Positions 9,455 to 20,221 of a DNA stretch of 32,000 nucleotides are shown piece by piece. Origin of the DNA: Pseudomonas aeruginosa (lineage in GTDB: Bacteria > Pseudomonadota > Gammaproteobacteria > Pseudomonadales > Pseudomonadaceae); NCBI RefSeq assembly GCF_001457615.1, contig NZ_LN831024.1, forward strand, positions 5,850,001 through 5,882,000, written 5' to 3'. The notes beneath the pieces were generated by a model. The model did no database searches and was not told where the DNA came from. It saw only the letters and a list, made by a program, of their open reading frames with translations. Both the position numbers and the translations under genes were made by a program. Each line of letters starts with the position of its first letter. The stretch's first letter is position 1.

Positions 9455-9474
9455 ACCTACCAGATCTGGGGTTG
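9455..9474. promoter_or_regulatory. Possible lux-type (las/rhl) box in the rmlBDAC promoter region
   Basis: ACCTACCAGATCTGGGGTTG contains a perfect 10-bp palindrome CCAGATCTGG (9460-9469) and the CT...ATCTGG core seen in rhl/las boxes. rmlBDAC is reported to be RhlR- and RpoS-regulated. The exact published site was not verified here. Confidence 0.35.
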
Positions 9475-9589
9475 GCAGGATCGCCATTTTTCCCGTACTA
9501 ATCGTCGTCTTCACGATCGATTGGTACACCTTGGCGGGACGTGTCGAAGCAGCCCTACGGACAACCACTGCTTGAACAAGGTATGACTC

Positions 9590-10648
9590 ATGACGATTCT
9601 CGTGACCGGCAGCGCCGGCTTCATCGGCGCCAATTTCGTGCTCGACTGGCTGGCCCTGCATGACGAGCCGGTGGTCAGCCTCGACAAGCTCACCTACGCC
9701 GGCAACCGGCAGAACCTCGCCAGCCTCGACGGCGACGCCCGGCACACCTTCGTCGCCGGCGATATCGGCGATAGCCAGCTGGTAGCCCGCCTGCTCGCCG
9801 AGCACCAGCCGCGGGCGATCCTCAACTTCGCCGCGGAATCCCATGTGGACCGCTCGATCCACGGCCCCGAGGACTTCATCCAGACCAACATCGTCGGCAC
9901 CTTCCGCCTGCTGGAAGAAGTGCGCGCCTACTGGGGCGCGCTGGAGCCGGAAGCGAAGGCGGCATTCCGCTTCCTCCACGTCTCCACCGACGAAGTCTAT
10001 GGCTCGCTGGCACCGAGCGATCCGGCCTTCACCGAGAACAACCGCTACGAGCCGAACAGTCCCTACTCGGCGTCCAAGGCGGCCTCCGACCACCTGGTGC
10101 GGGCCTATCACCACACCTATGGGCTGCCGGTGCTGACCACCAACTGCTCGAACAACTACGGCCCGTACCACTTCCCGGAAAAGCTCATCCCACTGGTGAT
10201 CCACAACGCCCTGGCCGGCAAGCCGCTGCCGATCTACGGCGACGGCCAGCAGATCCGAGACTGGCTCTACGTCAAGGACCATTGCAGCGCCATCCGCCGG
10301 GTCCTCGAAGCCGGGCAACTGGGCGAGACCTACAATGTCGGCGGCTGGAACGAAAAGGCCAACCTCGACGTGGTCGAGACCCTCTGCGCCATCCTCGACC
10401 AGGAGCAGCCGCGCGCCGACGGCCGCAGCTATCGCGAGCAGATCACCTTCGTCAAGGATCGTCCGGGCCATGATCGCCGCTACGCCATCGATGCCACGCG
10501 CCTGGAGCGCGAGCTGGGCTGGAAGCCGGCGGAAACCTTCGAGACCGGCATCCGCAAGACCGTGCGCTGGTACCTGGACAACCAGGACTGGGTGGCCAAC
10601 GTAACCAGCGGTGCCTACCGCGAGTGGGTGGGTAAGCAGTACGCATGA
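9590..10648 (+). CDS. rmlB: dTDP-glucose 4,6-dehydratase
   Basis: 352 aa. Rossmann motif [13 protein letters not shown] and catalytic YSASKAASD. It is first of four overlapping rml genes (ATGA overlap with rmlD at 10645-10648). Confidence 0.95.
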   Translation: MTILVTGSAGFIGANFVLDWLALHDEPVVSLDKLTYAGNRQNLASLDGDARHTFVAGDIGDSQLVARLLAEHQPRAILNFAAESHVDRSIHGPEDFIQTNIVGTFRLLEEVRAYWGALEPEAKAAFRFLHVSTDEVYGSLAPSDPAFTENNRYEPNSPYSASKAASDHLVRAYHHTYGLPVLTTNCSNNYGPYHFPEKLIPLVIHNALAGKPLPIYGDGQQIRDWLYVKDHCSAIRRVLEAGQLGETYNVGGWNEKANLDVVETLCAILDQEQPRADGRSYREQITFVKDRPGHDRRYAIDATRLERELGWKPAETFETGIRKTVRWYLDNQDWVANVTSGAYREWVGKQYA

Positions 10649-11553
10649 ACCGGATCCTTCTCCTCGGCGCCAACGGCCAGGTCGGCTGGGAGCTGCAGCG
10701 CGCCCTGGCGCCGCTGGGCGAACTGCTGGTCTGTGACCGTCGGCGCGCCGATCTCGCCGACCCCGAAGGCCTGGCGCGACTGGTTCGCGCCGAGCGGCCG
10801 CAGTTCATCGTCAACGCCGGTGCCTACACCGCGGTGGACAAGGCCGAGAGCGATGCCGACAACGCCCGCCTGATCAATGCCCGCGCCGTCGCGGTACTGG
10901 CCGAGGAGGCCGCGGCCTGCGGCGCCTGGCTGGTGCATTACTCCACCGACTACGTGTTCGACGGCGCGGGCAGCGTGCCTTTCGCCGAGGACGCGCCGAC
11001 CGGCCCGCTGAGCGTCTACGGGCAGACCAAGCTGGAAGGCGAGCAGGCCATCCGCGCCAGCGGCTGCCGCCACCTGATCTTCCGCACCAGCTGGGTCTAC
11101 GCCGCGCGCGGCGGAAACTTCGCCAAGACCATGCTGCGCCTGGCCGGGCAACGCGACGAACTCAAGGTCGTGGCCGACCAGTTCGGCGCGCCCACCAGCG
11201 CCGAGCTGATCGCCGACGTCACCGCCCAGGCCCTGCAGCGCCTGCGCTGGGATGCCGAGCTGGCAGCACGGGCCAGCGGCACCTACCACCTGGTCGCCAG
11301 CGGCGAGACGTCCTGGCACCTCTATGCGCGCTTCGTCATCGAACAGGCGCTGGAGCGGGGCTGGGAGTTGCAGGCGACGCCGCAGCGGGTCCTGCCGATC
11401 GCCACCGAGGACTACCCGGTGCCGGCGAAGCGTCCGGCCAATTCGCGCCTCGACAACCGCAAGCTGCAACAGGTCTTCGGCCTGGTACTGCCAGACTGGC
11501 GCTACCATGCCGGACGCATGATCCAGGAACTGAGCGAGCAGGGACCACTATGA
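10645..11553 (+). CDS. rmlD: dTDP-4-dehydrorhamnose reductase
   Basis: 302 aa. N-terminal [11 protein letters not shown] and YGQTKLEGE (YxxxK) are typical of RmlD. It is translationally coupled on both sides. Confidence 0.93.
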   Translation: MNRILLLGANGQVGWELQRALAPLGELLVCDRRRADLADPEGLARLVRAERPQFIVNAGAYTAVDKAESDADNARLINARAVAVLAEEAAACGAWLVHYSTDYVFDGAGSVPFAEDAPTGPLSVYGQTKLEGEQAIRASGCRHLIFRTSWVYAARGGNFAKTMLRLAGQRDELKVVADQFGAPTSAELIADVTAQALQRLRWDAELAARASGTYHLVASGETSWHLYARFVIEQALERGWELQATPQRVLPIATEDYPVPAKRPANSRLDNRKLQQVFGLVLPDWRYHAGRMIQELSEQGPL

Positions 11554-12431
11554 AACGCAAGGGCATCATCCTCGCCGGAGGCTCGGGCACCCGCCTGCAC
11601 CCGGCAACGCTGGCCATCTCCAAGCAGTTGCTGCCGGTGTACGACAAGCCGATGATCTACTACCCGCTCAGTACCCTGATGCTGGCGGGCATCCGCGAGA
11701 TACTGATCATCTCGACCCCACAGGACACCCCACGCTTCCAGCAGTTGCTGGGCGACGGTTCAAACTGGGGCCTGGACCTGCAATATGCCGTGCAACCGTC
11801 GCCGGACGGCCTGGCCCAGGCCTTCCTGATCGGCGAGTCGTTCATCGGCAACGACCTCAGCGCGCTGGTCCTGGGCGACAACCTCTATTACGGCCACGAC
11901 TTCCACGAGTTGCTCGGCAGCGCTTCGCAGCGCCAGACCGGCGCCAGTGTCTTCGCCTACCACGTGCTGGACCCGGAGCGCTACGGCGTGGTCGAGTTCG
12001 ACCAGGGCGGCAAGGCCATCAGCCTGGAAGAGAAGCCACTGGAGCCGAAGTCGAACTACGCGGTCACCGGCCTGTATTTCTACGACCAGCAGGTGGTGGA
12101 CATCGCCAGGAACCTGAAGCCTTCGCCGCGCGGCGAGCTGGAGATCACCGACGTCAACCGCGCCTATCTGGAGCGCGGCCAGCTCAGCGTGGAGATCATG
12201 GGCCGCGGCTACGCCTGGCTGGATACCGGCACCCACGATTCGCTGCTCGAGGCCGGCCAGTTCATCGCCACCCTGGAGAACCGCCAGGGTCTCAAGGTGG
12301 CCTGCCCGGAAGAGATCGCCTACCGGCAGAAGTGGATCGACGCCGCGCAACTGGAAAAACTCGCCGCGCCGCTGGCCAAGAACGGCTACGGCCAATACCT
12401 CAAGCGCCTGCTGACCGAGACCGTGTACTGA
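11550..12431 (+). CDS. rmlA: Glucose-1-phosphate thymidylyltransferase
   Basis: 293 aa. The signature [34 protein letters not shown] is diagnostic for RmlA. Confidence 0.95.
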   Translation: MKRKGIILAGGSGTRLHPATLAISKQLLPVYDKPMIYYPLSTLMLAGIREILIISTPQDTPRFQQLLGDGSNWGLDLQYAVQPSPDGLAQAFLIGESFIGNDLSALVLGDNLYYGHDFHELLGSASQRQTGASVFAYHVLDPERYGVVEFDQGGKAISLEEKPLEPKSNYAVTGLYFYDQQVVDIARNLKPSPRGELEITDVNRAYLERGQLSVEIMGRGYAWLDTGTHDSLLEAGQFIATLENRQGLKVACPEEIAYRQKWIDAAQLEKLAAPLAKNGYGQYLKRLLTETVY

Positions 12432-12976
12432 TGAAAGCGACCCGCCTGGCAATTCCCGACGTCATCCTCTTCGAACCCCGGGTGTTCGGCGACGATCGCG
12501 GATTCTTCTTCGAAAGCTACAACCAGCGCGCCTTCGAGGAGGCCTGCGGTCATCCGGTCAGCTTCGTCCAGGACAACCATTCGCGTTCCGCCCGTGGCGT
12601 CCTCCGCGGCCTGCACTACCAGATCCGGCAAGCCCAGGGAAAACTGGTGCGCGCCACTCTCGGCGAGGTATTCGACGTGGCCGTCGACCTGCGTCGCGGC
12701 TCGCCGACCTTCGGCCAGTGGGTAGGCGAACGCCTGAGCGCGGAGAACAAGCGCCAGATGTGGATTCCGGCCGGCTTCGCGCACGGCTTCGTGGTGCTCA
12801 GCGAATACGCCGAGTTCCTCTACAAGACCACCGACTTCTGGGCGCCGGAACACGAACGCTGCATCGTCTGGAACGATCCCGAGCTGAAGATCGACTGGCC
12901 GCTGCAGGATGCCCCCCTGCTTTCGGAGAAGGACCGCCAGGGCAAGGCATTCGCCGACGCCGACTGCTTCCCCTGA
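12431..12976 (+). CDS. rmlC: dTDP-4-dehydrorhamnose 3,5-epimerase
   Basis: Start at ATG 12431 ([29 protein letters not shown]), overlapping the rmlA stop by 1 nt (TGATG). RmlC cupin motifs RGLHYQ and GFAHGF are present. The listed ORF start 12332 lies inside rmlA. Confidence 0.93.
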   Translation: MKATRLAIPDVILFEPRVFGDDRGFFFESYNQRAFEEACGHPVSFVQDNHSRSARGVLRGLHYQIRQAQGKLVRATLGEVFDVAVDLRRGSPTFGQWVGERLSAENKRQMWIPAGFAHGFVVLSEYAEFLYKTTDFWAPEHERCIVWNDPELKIDWPLQDAPLLSEKDRQGKAFADADCFP

Positions 12977-13035
12977 ACGGCAGGGAGCGACCGGACTCGG
13001 CGCAAGGCGTGATAATTTAGGGCATCCCGTCCGGG

Positions 13036-14874
13036 ATGCCCCGGATACTCGCAGCCACGGCAGGTTCGTTCGTCTTGAAAGCCTATTTCCATCGCTGGCG
13101 CTCGCTGGTCATCCTCGCCCTGCTTCTCGCGCCGCTGCTCTGGCCCCTGCAATATTTCGCCGAGCGCTACTACAGCGAGCAGTTGGCCGAGCAGAACCGC
13201 CAGACGCTCGACCTCTACGTCGCCAACCTGCTCGGCACGCTGCGCCGCTACGAAGAACTGCCGCAGATCCTCGGCGGCCTGCCGGTGCTGCGCCAGGCCC
13301 TGCAACAACCTGGCGACCCGCTGCTGCAGAAGATCGCCAACGAGGCGCTGGCCGACATCCGCCGACGCACCGGCGCCGACGTGATCTACCTGCTGCAACC
13401 GGACGGCACTACCCAGGTCGCCTCCAACTGGGCCCAGGCGGACAGTTTCGTCCACCGCAACTTCGCCTTCCGCCCCTATTATCGCGAGGCCATGCAGGGC
13501 CGCCTGGCGCGCTTCTTCGGCCTGGGCACCACCTCGATCAAGCGCGGCTACTACTTCGCCAGTGCGGTGAAGGAAGGCTCGCGGATCATCGGCGTGCTGG
13601 TGGTGAAGGTCGATCTCGAACACATCGAACGGCTCTGGGGCAATTCCCCGGAGCAACTGCTGGTGATAGACAACTACGGCGTGGTGATCCTCTCCTCCCG
13701 CGAGGATTGGCGCTTCCATGCCAGTCGGCCGCTGAGCGCGGCGGAGCGCGACGAGATCCACGCCAACATCCCCTACCCGGTGCAGGACCCGAAGCCCCTG
13801 CGCCTGCAACAGAGCGCCTGGCTCAGCCAGAGCCGGACGCTACCGGAAACCGGCTGGACGGTGAGCATCTACGCCCCCCGCACCCTCATCGAACGGCCGG
13901 TGCGCAGCGTCCTGCTGATCGGCGGCGCGACCCTGCTCGCCCTGCTCCTGCTGCTTACCCTGCTGACCCTCAGCCGCCGTCACTACCTGGACCGCATCGC
14001 TCTCGAGGCCGAGGCCAAGCGCCAGTTGGAAGAGCGCGTACTGGAACGCACCCGCGAGCTGGAGAACGCCAACGCGCAGTTGCAGCAGGAAGTCCACGAA
14101 CGCGAGCAGGCCCAGCGCGAGCTGATGCGCGCCCAGGACGAAGTGGTCCAGGCCGGCAAGCTCACGGCCCTCGGCACCATGTCGGCGAGCATCAGCCACG
14201 AACTCAACCAGCCGCTGGCGGCGATCCGCAGCTACGCCGACAACGCCCGGGTGCTGCTCGACCACCAGCGCACCGAGGACGCCCGCGGCAATCTCGAGCA
14301 GATCAGCGACCTCACCACCCGCATGGCCTCGATCATCGCCCACCTCAAGGCCTATGCCCGCGGTGCGCGCCGGGCGCCGGAGAACGTGCAGTTGCAGCCG
14401 GCGATCGAGGACGCCCTGTCGATGGTGGCCAGCCGGCGGCGGGCGATGAACGTCGAACTGCTGCGCGACGTGCCGGACGCCCCGCTGTGGGTCCAGGCCG
14501 GCGAGACCCGCTTGCGGCAGATCCTCGGCAACCTGCTCACCAATGCCCTCGACGCGCTCGCCGAGAAAGCTCCGCCGCGGCGCCTGTGGGTAATCGCCAG
14601 CCAGGACCAGCACGGCGTGACCCTGACTCTGCGCGACAACGGCCCGGGGTTTTCCGAGGACGCCCTGGCCCACGCCCACGAACCCTTTTTCACCACCAAG
14701 ACCACCGCCAAAGGGCTCGGCCTCGGCCTGGCCATCTGCGATAACCTATTGCGCGCCCTCGGCGGCCGCCTGGAAATGGGCAACCATCTCGAAGGCGGCG
14801 CCGTGGTGCGCCTGCACTTGCTGCCGGGAGTTCCCGGCGTCGCCGCCATGCCCCAGGAGGAAACCCGCGCATGA
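13036..14874 (+). CDS. dctB: C4-dicarboxylate sensor histidine kinase
   Basis: 612 aa with two TM segments flanking a periplasmic sensor. H-box SASISHELNQPLAAI, plus N and G boxes (LLTNALDA, DNGPGF, GLGLGLAI). It overlaps dctD (ATGA at 14871-14874). Confidence 0.9.
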   Translation: MPRILAATAGSFVLKAYFHRWRSLVILALLLAPLLWPLQYFAERYYSEQLAEQNRQTLDLYVANLLGTLRRYEELPQILGGLPVLRQALQQPGDPLLQKIANEALADIRRRTGADVIYLLQPDGTTQVASNWAQADSFVHRNFAFRPYYREAMQGRLARFFGLGTTSIKRGYYFASAVKEGSRIIGVLVVKVDLEHIERLWGNSPEQLLVIDNYGVVILSSREDWRFHASRPLSAAERDEIHANIPYPVQDPKPLRLQQSAWLSQSRTLPETGWTVSIYAPRTLIERPVRSVLLIGGATLLALLLLLTLLTLSRRHYLDRIALEAEAKRQLEERVLERTRELENANAQLQQEVHEREQAQRELMRAQDEVVQAGKLTALGTMSASISHELNQPLAAIRSYADNARVLLDHQRTEDARGNLEQISDLTTRMASIIAHLKAYARGARRAPENVQLQPAIEDALSMVASRRRAMNVELLRDVPDAPLWVQAGETRLRQILGNLLTNALDALAEKAPPRRLWVIASQDQHGVTLTLRDNGPGFSEDALAHAHEPFFTTKTTAKGLGLGLAICDNLLRALGGRLEMGNHLEGGAVVRLHLLPGVPGVAAMPQEETRA

Positions 14875-16228
14875 GTCCCTTCGCGCCATTCGATGCCCAG
14901 ACCCAGGTCCTGCTGATCGACGACGATCCGCACCTGCGCCAGGCCCTGCGCCAGACGCTCGACCTCGCCGGGCTCAAGGTCGCGACCCTGGACGACGCGC
15001 GCCAGCTGGATACCGCGCAGTGCAAGGACTGGCCCGGAGTGGTGGTCAGCGACATCCGCATGCCCGGCATCGATGGCATGGAACTGCTCCGCCAATTGCA
15101 CGAACAGGACGCCGACCTGCCGGTGATCCTGATCACCGGCCACGGCGACGTGCCGCTGGCGGTCCAGGCCATGCGCGGCGGCGCCTATGACTTCCTGGAA
15201 AAGCCCTTCCCCAGCGACGCCCTGCTCGACAGCGTGCGCCGCGCCCTGGAGGTGCGCCGGCTGGTCCTGGAGAACCGCACCCTGCGCCTGGCCCTGGCCG
15301 AACGCCACGAGCTGCATGGGCGCCTGATCGGACGCTCGGCCGGCATGCAGCGCCTGCGCGAGCAGGTCGGCTCGCTGGCGGCGATCCAGGCCGACGTGCT
15401 GGTCCTTGGCGAAACCGGCGCCGGCAAGGAGGTGGTCGCGCGGGCCCTGCATGACCTGTCGAGCCGACGCGACGGACCGTTCGTCGCGATCAACGCCGGC
15501 GCCCTCGCCGAATCGGTGGTGGAAAGCGAACTGTTCGGTCACGAGGCCGGCGCCTTCACCGGCGCGCAGAAGCGCCGCATCGGCAAGTTCGAGTACGCCA
15601 ATGGCGGCACCCTGTTCCTCGACGAGATCGAGAGCATGAGCCTGGACGTGCAGGTCAAGCTGTTGCGCCTGCTGCAGGAACGGGTAGTCGAGCGGCTCGG
15701 CTCCAACCAGTTGATCCCGCTGGATATCCGCATCATCGCGGCAACCAAGGAAGACCTGCGCCAGGCCGCCGACCAGGGCCGCTTCCGCGCCGACCTCTAT
15801 TACCGCCTCAACGTCGCCAGCCTGCGCATTCCACCGCTGCGCGAGCGCGGCGAAGACATCCCGCTGCTGTTCCGCCATTTCGCCGAAGCCGGCGCCATGC
15901 GTCATGGCCTGACGCCACGCGAACTGGACGCCGGCCAGTCGGCGCGGCTGCTGGCCTACGACTGGCCGGGCAACGTGCGCGAATTGCAGAACGCCGCCGA
16001 GCGCTTCGCCCTGGGTCTCGGCCTGAGCCTGGACGACGGAGTCCTGCCCGACGCCGCCGACGAGCCGCACAACCTCAGCGCCAAGGTCGAGGCCTTCGAG
16101 CGCTCGCTGATCGCTGCCGAACTGGAACGCCCGCACAATTCGCTGCGCAGCGTCGCCGAGGCCCTCGGTATCCCGCGCAAGACCCTGCACGACAAGCTGC
16201 GCAAGCACGGCCTGCCGTTCAACACGCC

Positions 16229-17495
<1,267 letters not shown>

Positions 17496-17513
17496 GAAGA
17501 AGAGGGAAAGCCC

Positions 17514-18146
17514 ATGCACGCGCTCGCGCGCGTCTGGGCGCGCCTGGAGGAAGGCCTGATCGCCTTCCTCCTCGCCGCCATGACGCTGGTTACCTTCGTT
17601 TATGTAGTCCTCAATAACCTCTATACGCTGCTCTACGATCTCGCCGATCTCTGGGAGGGCGGCAACGAGACGCTGCTCGCCATCGGCGATGGGGTCCTCA
17701 CCCTGGCCCAGGAGATGACCTGGAGCAACGCCCTGACCAAGGCCCTGTTCGCCTGGCTGATCTTCCTCGGCATCGCCTACGGCGTACGCACCGCCGGGCA
17801 CCTCGGTGTGGACGTGCTGGTGAAGCTGGCCTCGCGACCGGTACAGCGAGTGCTCGGCGTGATCGCCTGCCTGGCCTGCCTCGGCTACGCCGGCCTGCTC
17901 TGCGTGGCCAGCTACGACTGGGTGAAGACCCTGTTCATCGCCGGCATCGGCGCCGAGGACCTCGACCACTTCGGCATCCGCCAATGGCACATCGGCCTGA
18001 TCGTGCCGGTCGGCTTCGCCCTGGTGTTCATCCGTTTCGCCGAGATCCTCGTGCGCATCCTGCGCAACCGCCAGACCGGACTGGGACTGGCCGACGAGGC
18101 TGCCGACGCGCTGAAGCTGACCGAGCACGAGGAGCCCAAGGCATGA
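17514..18146 (+). CDS. dctQ: TRAP transporter small permease
   Basis: 210 aa with four hydrophobic segments. It sits between dctP and dctM, and its stop overlaps the dctM start (ATGA at 18143-18146). Confidence 0.9.
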   Translation: MHALARVWARLEEGLIAFLLAAMTLVTFVYVVLNNLYTLLYDLADLWEGGNETLLAIGDGVLTLAQEMTWSNALTKALFAWLIFLGIAYGVRTAGHLGVDVLVKLASRPVQRVLGVIACLACLGYAGLLCVASYDWVKTLFIAGIGAEDLDHFGIRQWHIGLIVPVGFALVFIRFAEILVRILRNRQTGLGLADEAADALKLTEHEEPKA

Positions 18147-19426
18147 CCATTCTGTTCCTCTTCCTGCTGCTCTTCCTGCTGATGTTCATCGGCGTGCCGA
18201 TCGCCGTCTCCCTGGGTCTCTCCGGCGCACTGACGATCCTCCTGTTCAGCCCGGACTCGGTACGCTCGCTGGCGATCAAGCTGTTCGAGACCTCCGAGCA
18301 CTACACCCTGCTGGCGATCCCGTTCTTCCTGCTCTCCGGCGCGTTCATGACCACCGGTGGCGTGGCGCGGCGCCTGATCGACTTCGCCAACGCCTGCGTC
18401 GGACACATCCGTGGCGGCCTGGCGATCGCCGCGGTGCTCGCCTGCATGCTCTTTGCCGCGCTATCCGGCTCGTCTCCGGCAACGGTGGCGGCAGTGGGTT
18501 CGATCGCCATCGCCGGCATGGTCCGCTCGGGTTATCCACAGGCGTTCGGCGCCGGGATCGTCTGCAACGCCGGCACCCTCGGCATCCTCATCCCGCCATC
18601 GATCGTGATGGTGGTCTACGCCGCCGCCACCGAGACCTCGGTGGGCAAGCTGTTCATCGCCGGCGTGGTTCCGGGGCTGCTGCTGGGACTGATCCTGATG
18701 GTGGTGATCTACATCGTCGCCCGGGTCAAGAAGCTGCCCGCCATGCCAAGGGTCAGTCTGCGCGAATGGCTGGCCAGCGCGCGCAAGGCGCTGTGGGGGC
18801 TGCTGCTGATGGTGATCATCCTCGGCGGCATCTATTCCGGCGCCTTCACCCCCACCGAGGCCGCCGCCGTCGCCGCGGTGTACTCGGCCTTCGTCGCACT
18901 GTTCGTCTACCGCGACATGCGCCTGAGCGAATGCCCGAAGGTGCTGCTGGAGTCCGGCAAGCTGACCATCATGCTGATGTTCATCATCGCCAACGCCATG
19001 CTCTTCGCCCACGTGCTGACCACCGAGCAGATACCGCAGAGCATCGCCAGCTGGGTCACGGAACTGGGACTTTCGCCATGGATGTTCCTGCTGGTGGTGA
19101 ACATCGTGCTGCTGATCGCCGGCAACTTCATGGAGCCTTCGGCGATCATCCTGATCCTGGCGCCGATCTTCTTCCCCATCGCCATGGAGCTGGGCATCGA
19201 TCCGATCCACCTCGGCATCATCATGGTGGTGAACATGGAGATCGGCCTGATCACGCCGCCGGTCGGGCTCAACCTGTTCGTCACCTCGGCGGTCACCGGC
19301 ATGCCGCTGGGCGCGACCATCCGCGCAGCGCTGCCGTGGCTGATGATCCTGCTGGTGTTCCTGATCATCGTGACCTACATCCCGGCGGTATCCCTGGCAT
19401 TGCCGAACTGGCTGGGGATGAGCTGA
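18143..19426 (+). CDS. dctM: TRAP transporter large permease
   Basis: Start at ATG 18143 (MTILFLFLLLFLLMFIGVPIAV). 427-aa polytopic DctM-family protein. The listed ORF start 17984 lies inside dctQ. Confidence 0.93.
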   Translation: MTILFLFLLLFLLMFIGVPIAVSLGLSGALTILLFSPDSVRSLAIKLFETSEHYTLLAIPFFLLSGAFMTTGGVARRLIDFANACVGHIRGGLAIAAVLACMLFAALSGSSPATVAAVGSIAIAGMVRSGYPQAFGAGIVCNAGTLGILIPPSIVMVVYAAATETSVGKLFIAGVVPGLLLGLILMVVIYIVARVKKLPAMPRVSLREWLASARKALWGLLLMVIILGGIYSGAFTPTEAAAVAAVYSAFVALFVYRDMRLSECPKVLLESGKLTIMLMFIIANAMLFAHVLTTEQIPQSIASWVTELGLSPWMFLLVVNIVLLIAGNFMEPSAIILILAPIFFPIAMELGIDPIHLGIIMVVNMEIGLITPPVGLNLFVTSAVTGMPLGATIRAALPWLMILLVFLIIVTYIPAVSLALPNWLGMS

Positions 19427-19539
19427 CGGAACGGTAACGACGGCGGAAAACCCCGCCCTGCGCTCGGGCCTTCGGCAAAAATCCGCTCATGCCGCAGGCC
19501 CGTGCCCCGCAGTTGACGGGCCGGGCCACCTGTCGATGG

Positions 19540-19556
19540 CTGGCACGCCGCTTGCT
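19540..19556 (+). promoter_or_regulatory. Orphan sigma-54 (-24/-12) promoter downstream of dctM
   Basis: CTGGCACGCCGCTTGCT is a complete match to YTGGCACG-N4-TTGCW. UAS-like sites lie at 19441-19457 and 19473-19488, at the same distances from the -24 GG as in the dctP promoter. Confidence 0.55.
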
Positions 19557-19565
19557 CAATCGCTC

Positions 19566-19765
19566 GCAGTGCCCCTGGCACCGGCTTTCGGTTCGCCCAG
19601 CGAACCGCGCCCTTCGGCCACGAACCGGATGGCGGCCCCTTCCCCTGTGCCGACGTGCGCCAGCACGCGCGGCGGGTGGGCGGCGATCCCGTCCCCCCAG
19701 CGGTCTTCATACCCTGAAGCCCAAATGAAGAGCCCGGCGAACGCCGGGCTTCTTCATTTCTTTCC
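19566..19765 (+). ncRNA. Predicted ~200-nt sigma-54/DctD-dependent small RNA (candidate; ends inferred)
   Basis: It is bounded by the sigma-54 promoter (predicted TSS ~19566) and the intrinsic terminator at 19727-19765. No credible ORF or SD lies inside. The interior is GC-rich with several local hairpins (for example ggttcgc..gcgaacc). Confidence 0.3.
19727..19765 (+). terminator. Intrinsic terminator in the dctM-arcD spacer
   Basis: gaagagcccggcg / cgccgggcttcttc hairpin (19727-19755), followed by the T-rich run atttctttcc. Confidence 0.7.
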
Positions 19766-20143
19766 TTGTGCTTTTTCGTTCTTTGATAAGAGCGGAAAAT
19801 TATTTTTACTTATAAATAAAAAAGCACCTACACCGAAATACTGAAACACTTCTCTGGCAAACCGTGGCGGTTTTCGACGGACCGCCAACAAGCTGGCGAG
19901 CCCCCCTCCAAAAGTCAGAATACCGTCTCGCGAAATTCATTGATCGGCATCAACGATCCGGCTTGATCCGCGGCTTATAGCCCGATTTCGAGCAATTTCA
20001 AGCTTTCCCCGTAGCGGATGGCAAGACTTCCCCTATCACATGAAAAAACCGCCCTATTCCGGGCAGGTCTTAGATTCCTCTTCTATCTTTGGCACTCGCA
20101 ACTTACAGGAATGCGTCATCTAATTACTTTGAGTAGGAAGCTA

Positions 20144-20157
20144 TTGACGTGGATCAG
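20144..20157 (+). promoter_or_regulatory. ANR (FNR-type) box of the arcDABC promoter
   Basis: TTGACGTGGATCAG is the TTGAC-N4-ATCAG arc box described for P. aeruginosa arcDABC. A -10-like TAATGG lies at 20182-20187, consistent with a class II site centred at about -41.5. Confidence 0.8.
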
Positions 20158-20221
20158 CATTCAACAATAGCCGCTGCCGCCTAATGGCTTCACTCTCAAT
20201 TCCTATAGGGAGATTCCGAAA

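Noticed and set aside
9356-9589. The region downstream of tRNA-Thr, considered as a possible genomic-island integration site.
   Set aside because: Only ~230 bp separates the tRNA from rmlB. There is no repeat of the tRNA 3' end, no integrase and no foreign-looking genes. The spacer is the rmlBDAC promoter region.
19576-19590. TGGCACCGGCTTTCG, a second TGGCAC 35 bp after the orphan sigma-54 promoter.
   Set aside because: The -12 element is TTCG rather than TTGC. It is more likely part of the transcribed region than an independent promoter, so I kept only the consensus site.
19768-19827. A 9-bp inverted repeat GTGCTTTTT / AAAAAGCAC enclosing a 42-bp AT-rich tract upstream of arcD.
   Set aside because: The loop is long and the arms are A/T-rich, so the structure is weak. 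It is probably just part of the AT-rich upstream promoter region (possible IHF/ArgR/UP-element territory). I cannot assign a specific function from sequence.
20090-20105. TGGCAC hexamer upstream of arcD, considered as a third sigma-54 promoter.
   Set aside because: The -12 position reads ACTT instead of TTGC after the 5-nt spacer. arcDABC is known to use an ANR-dependent sigma-70 promoter.
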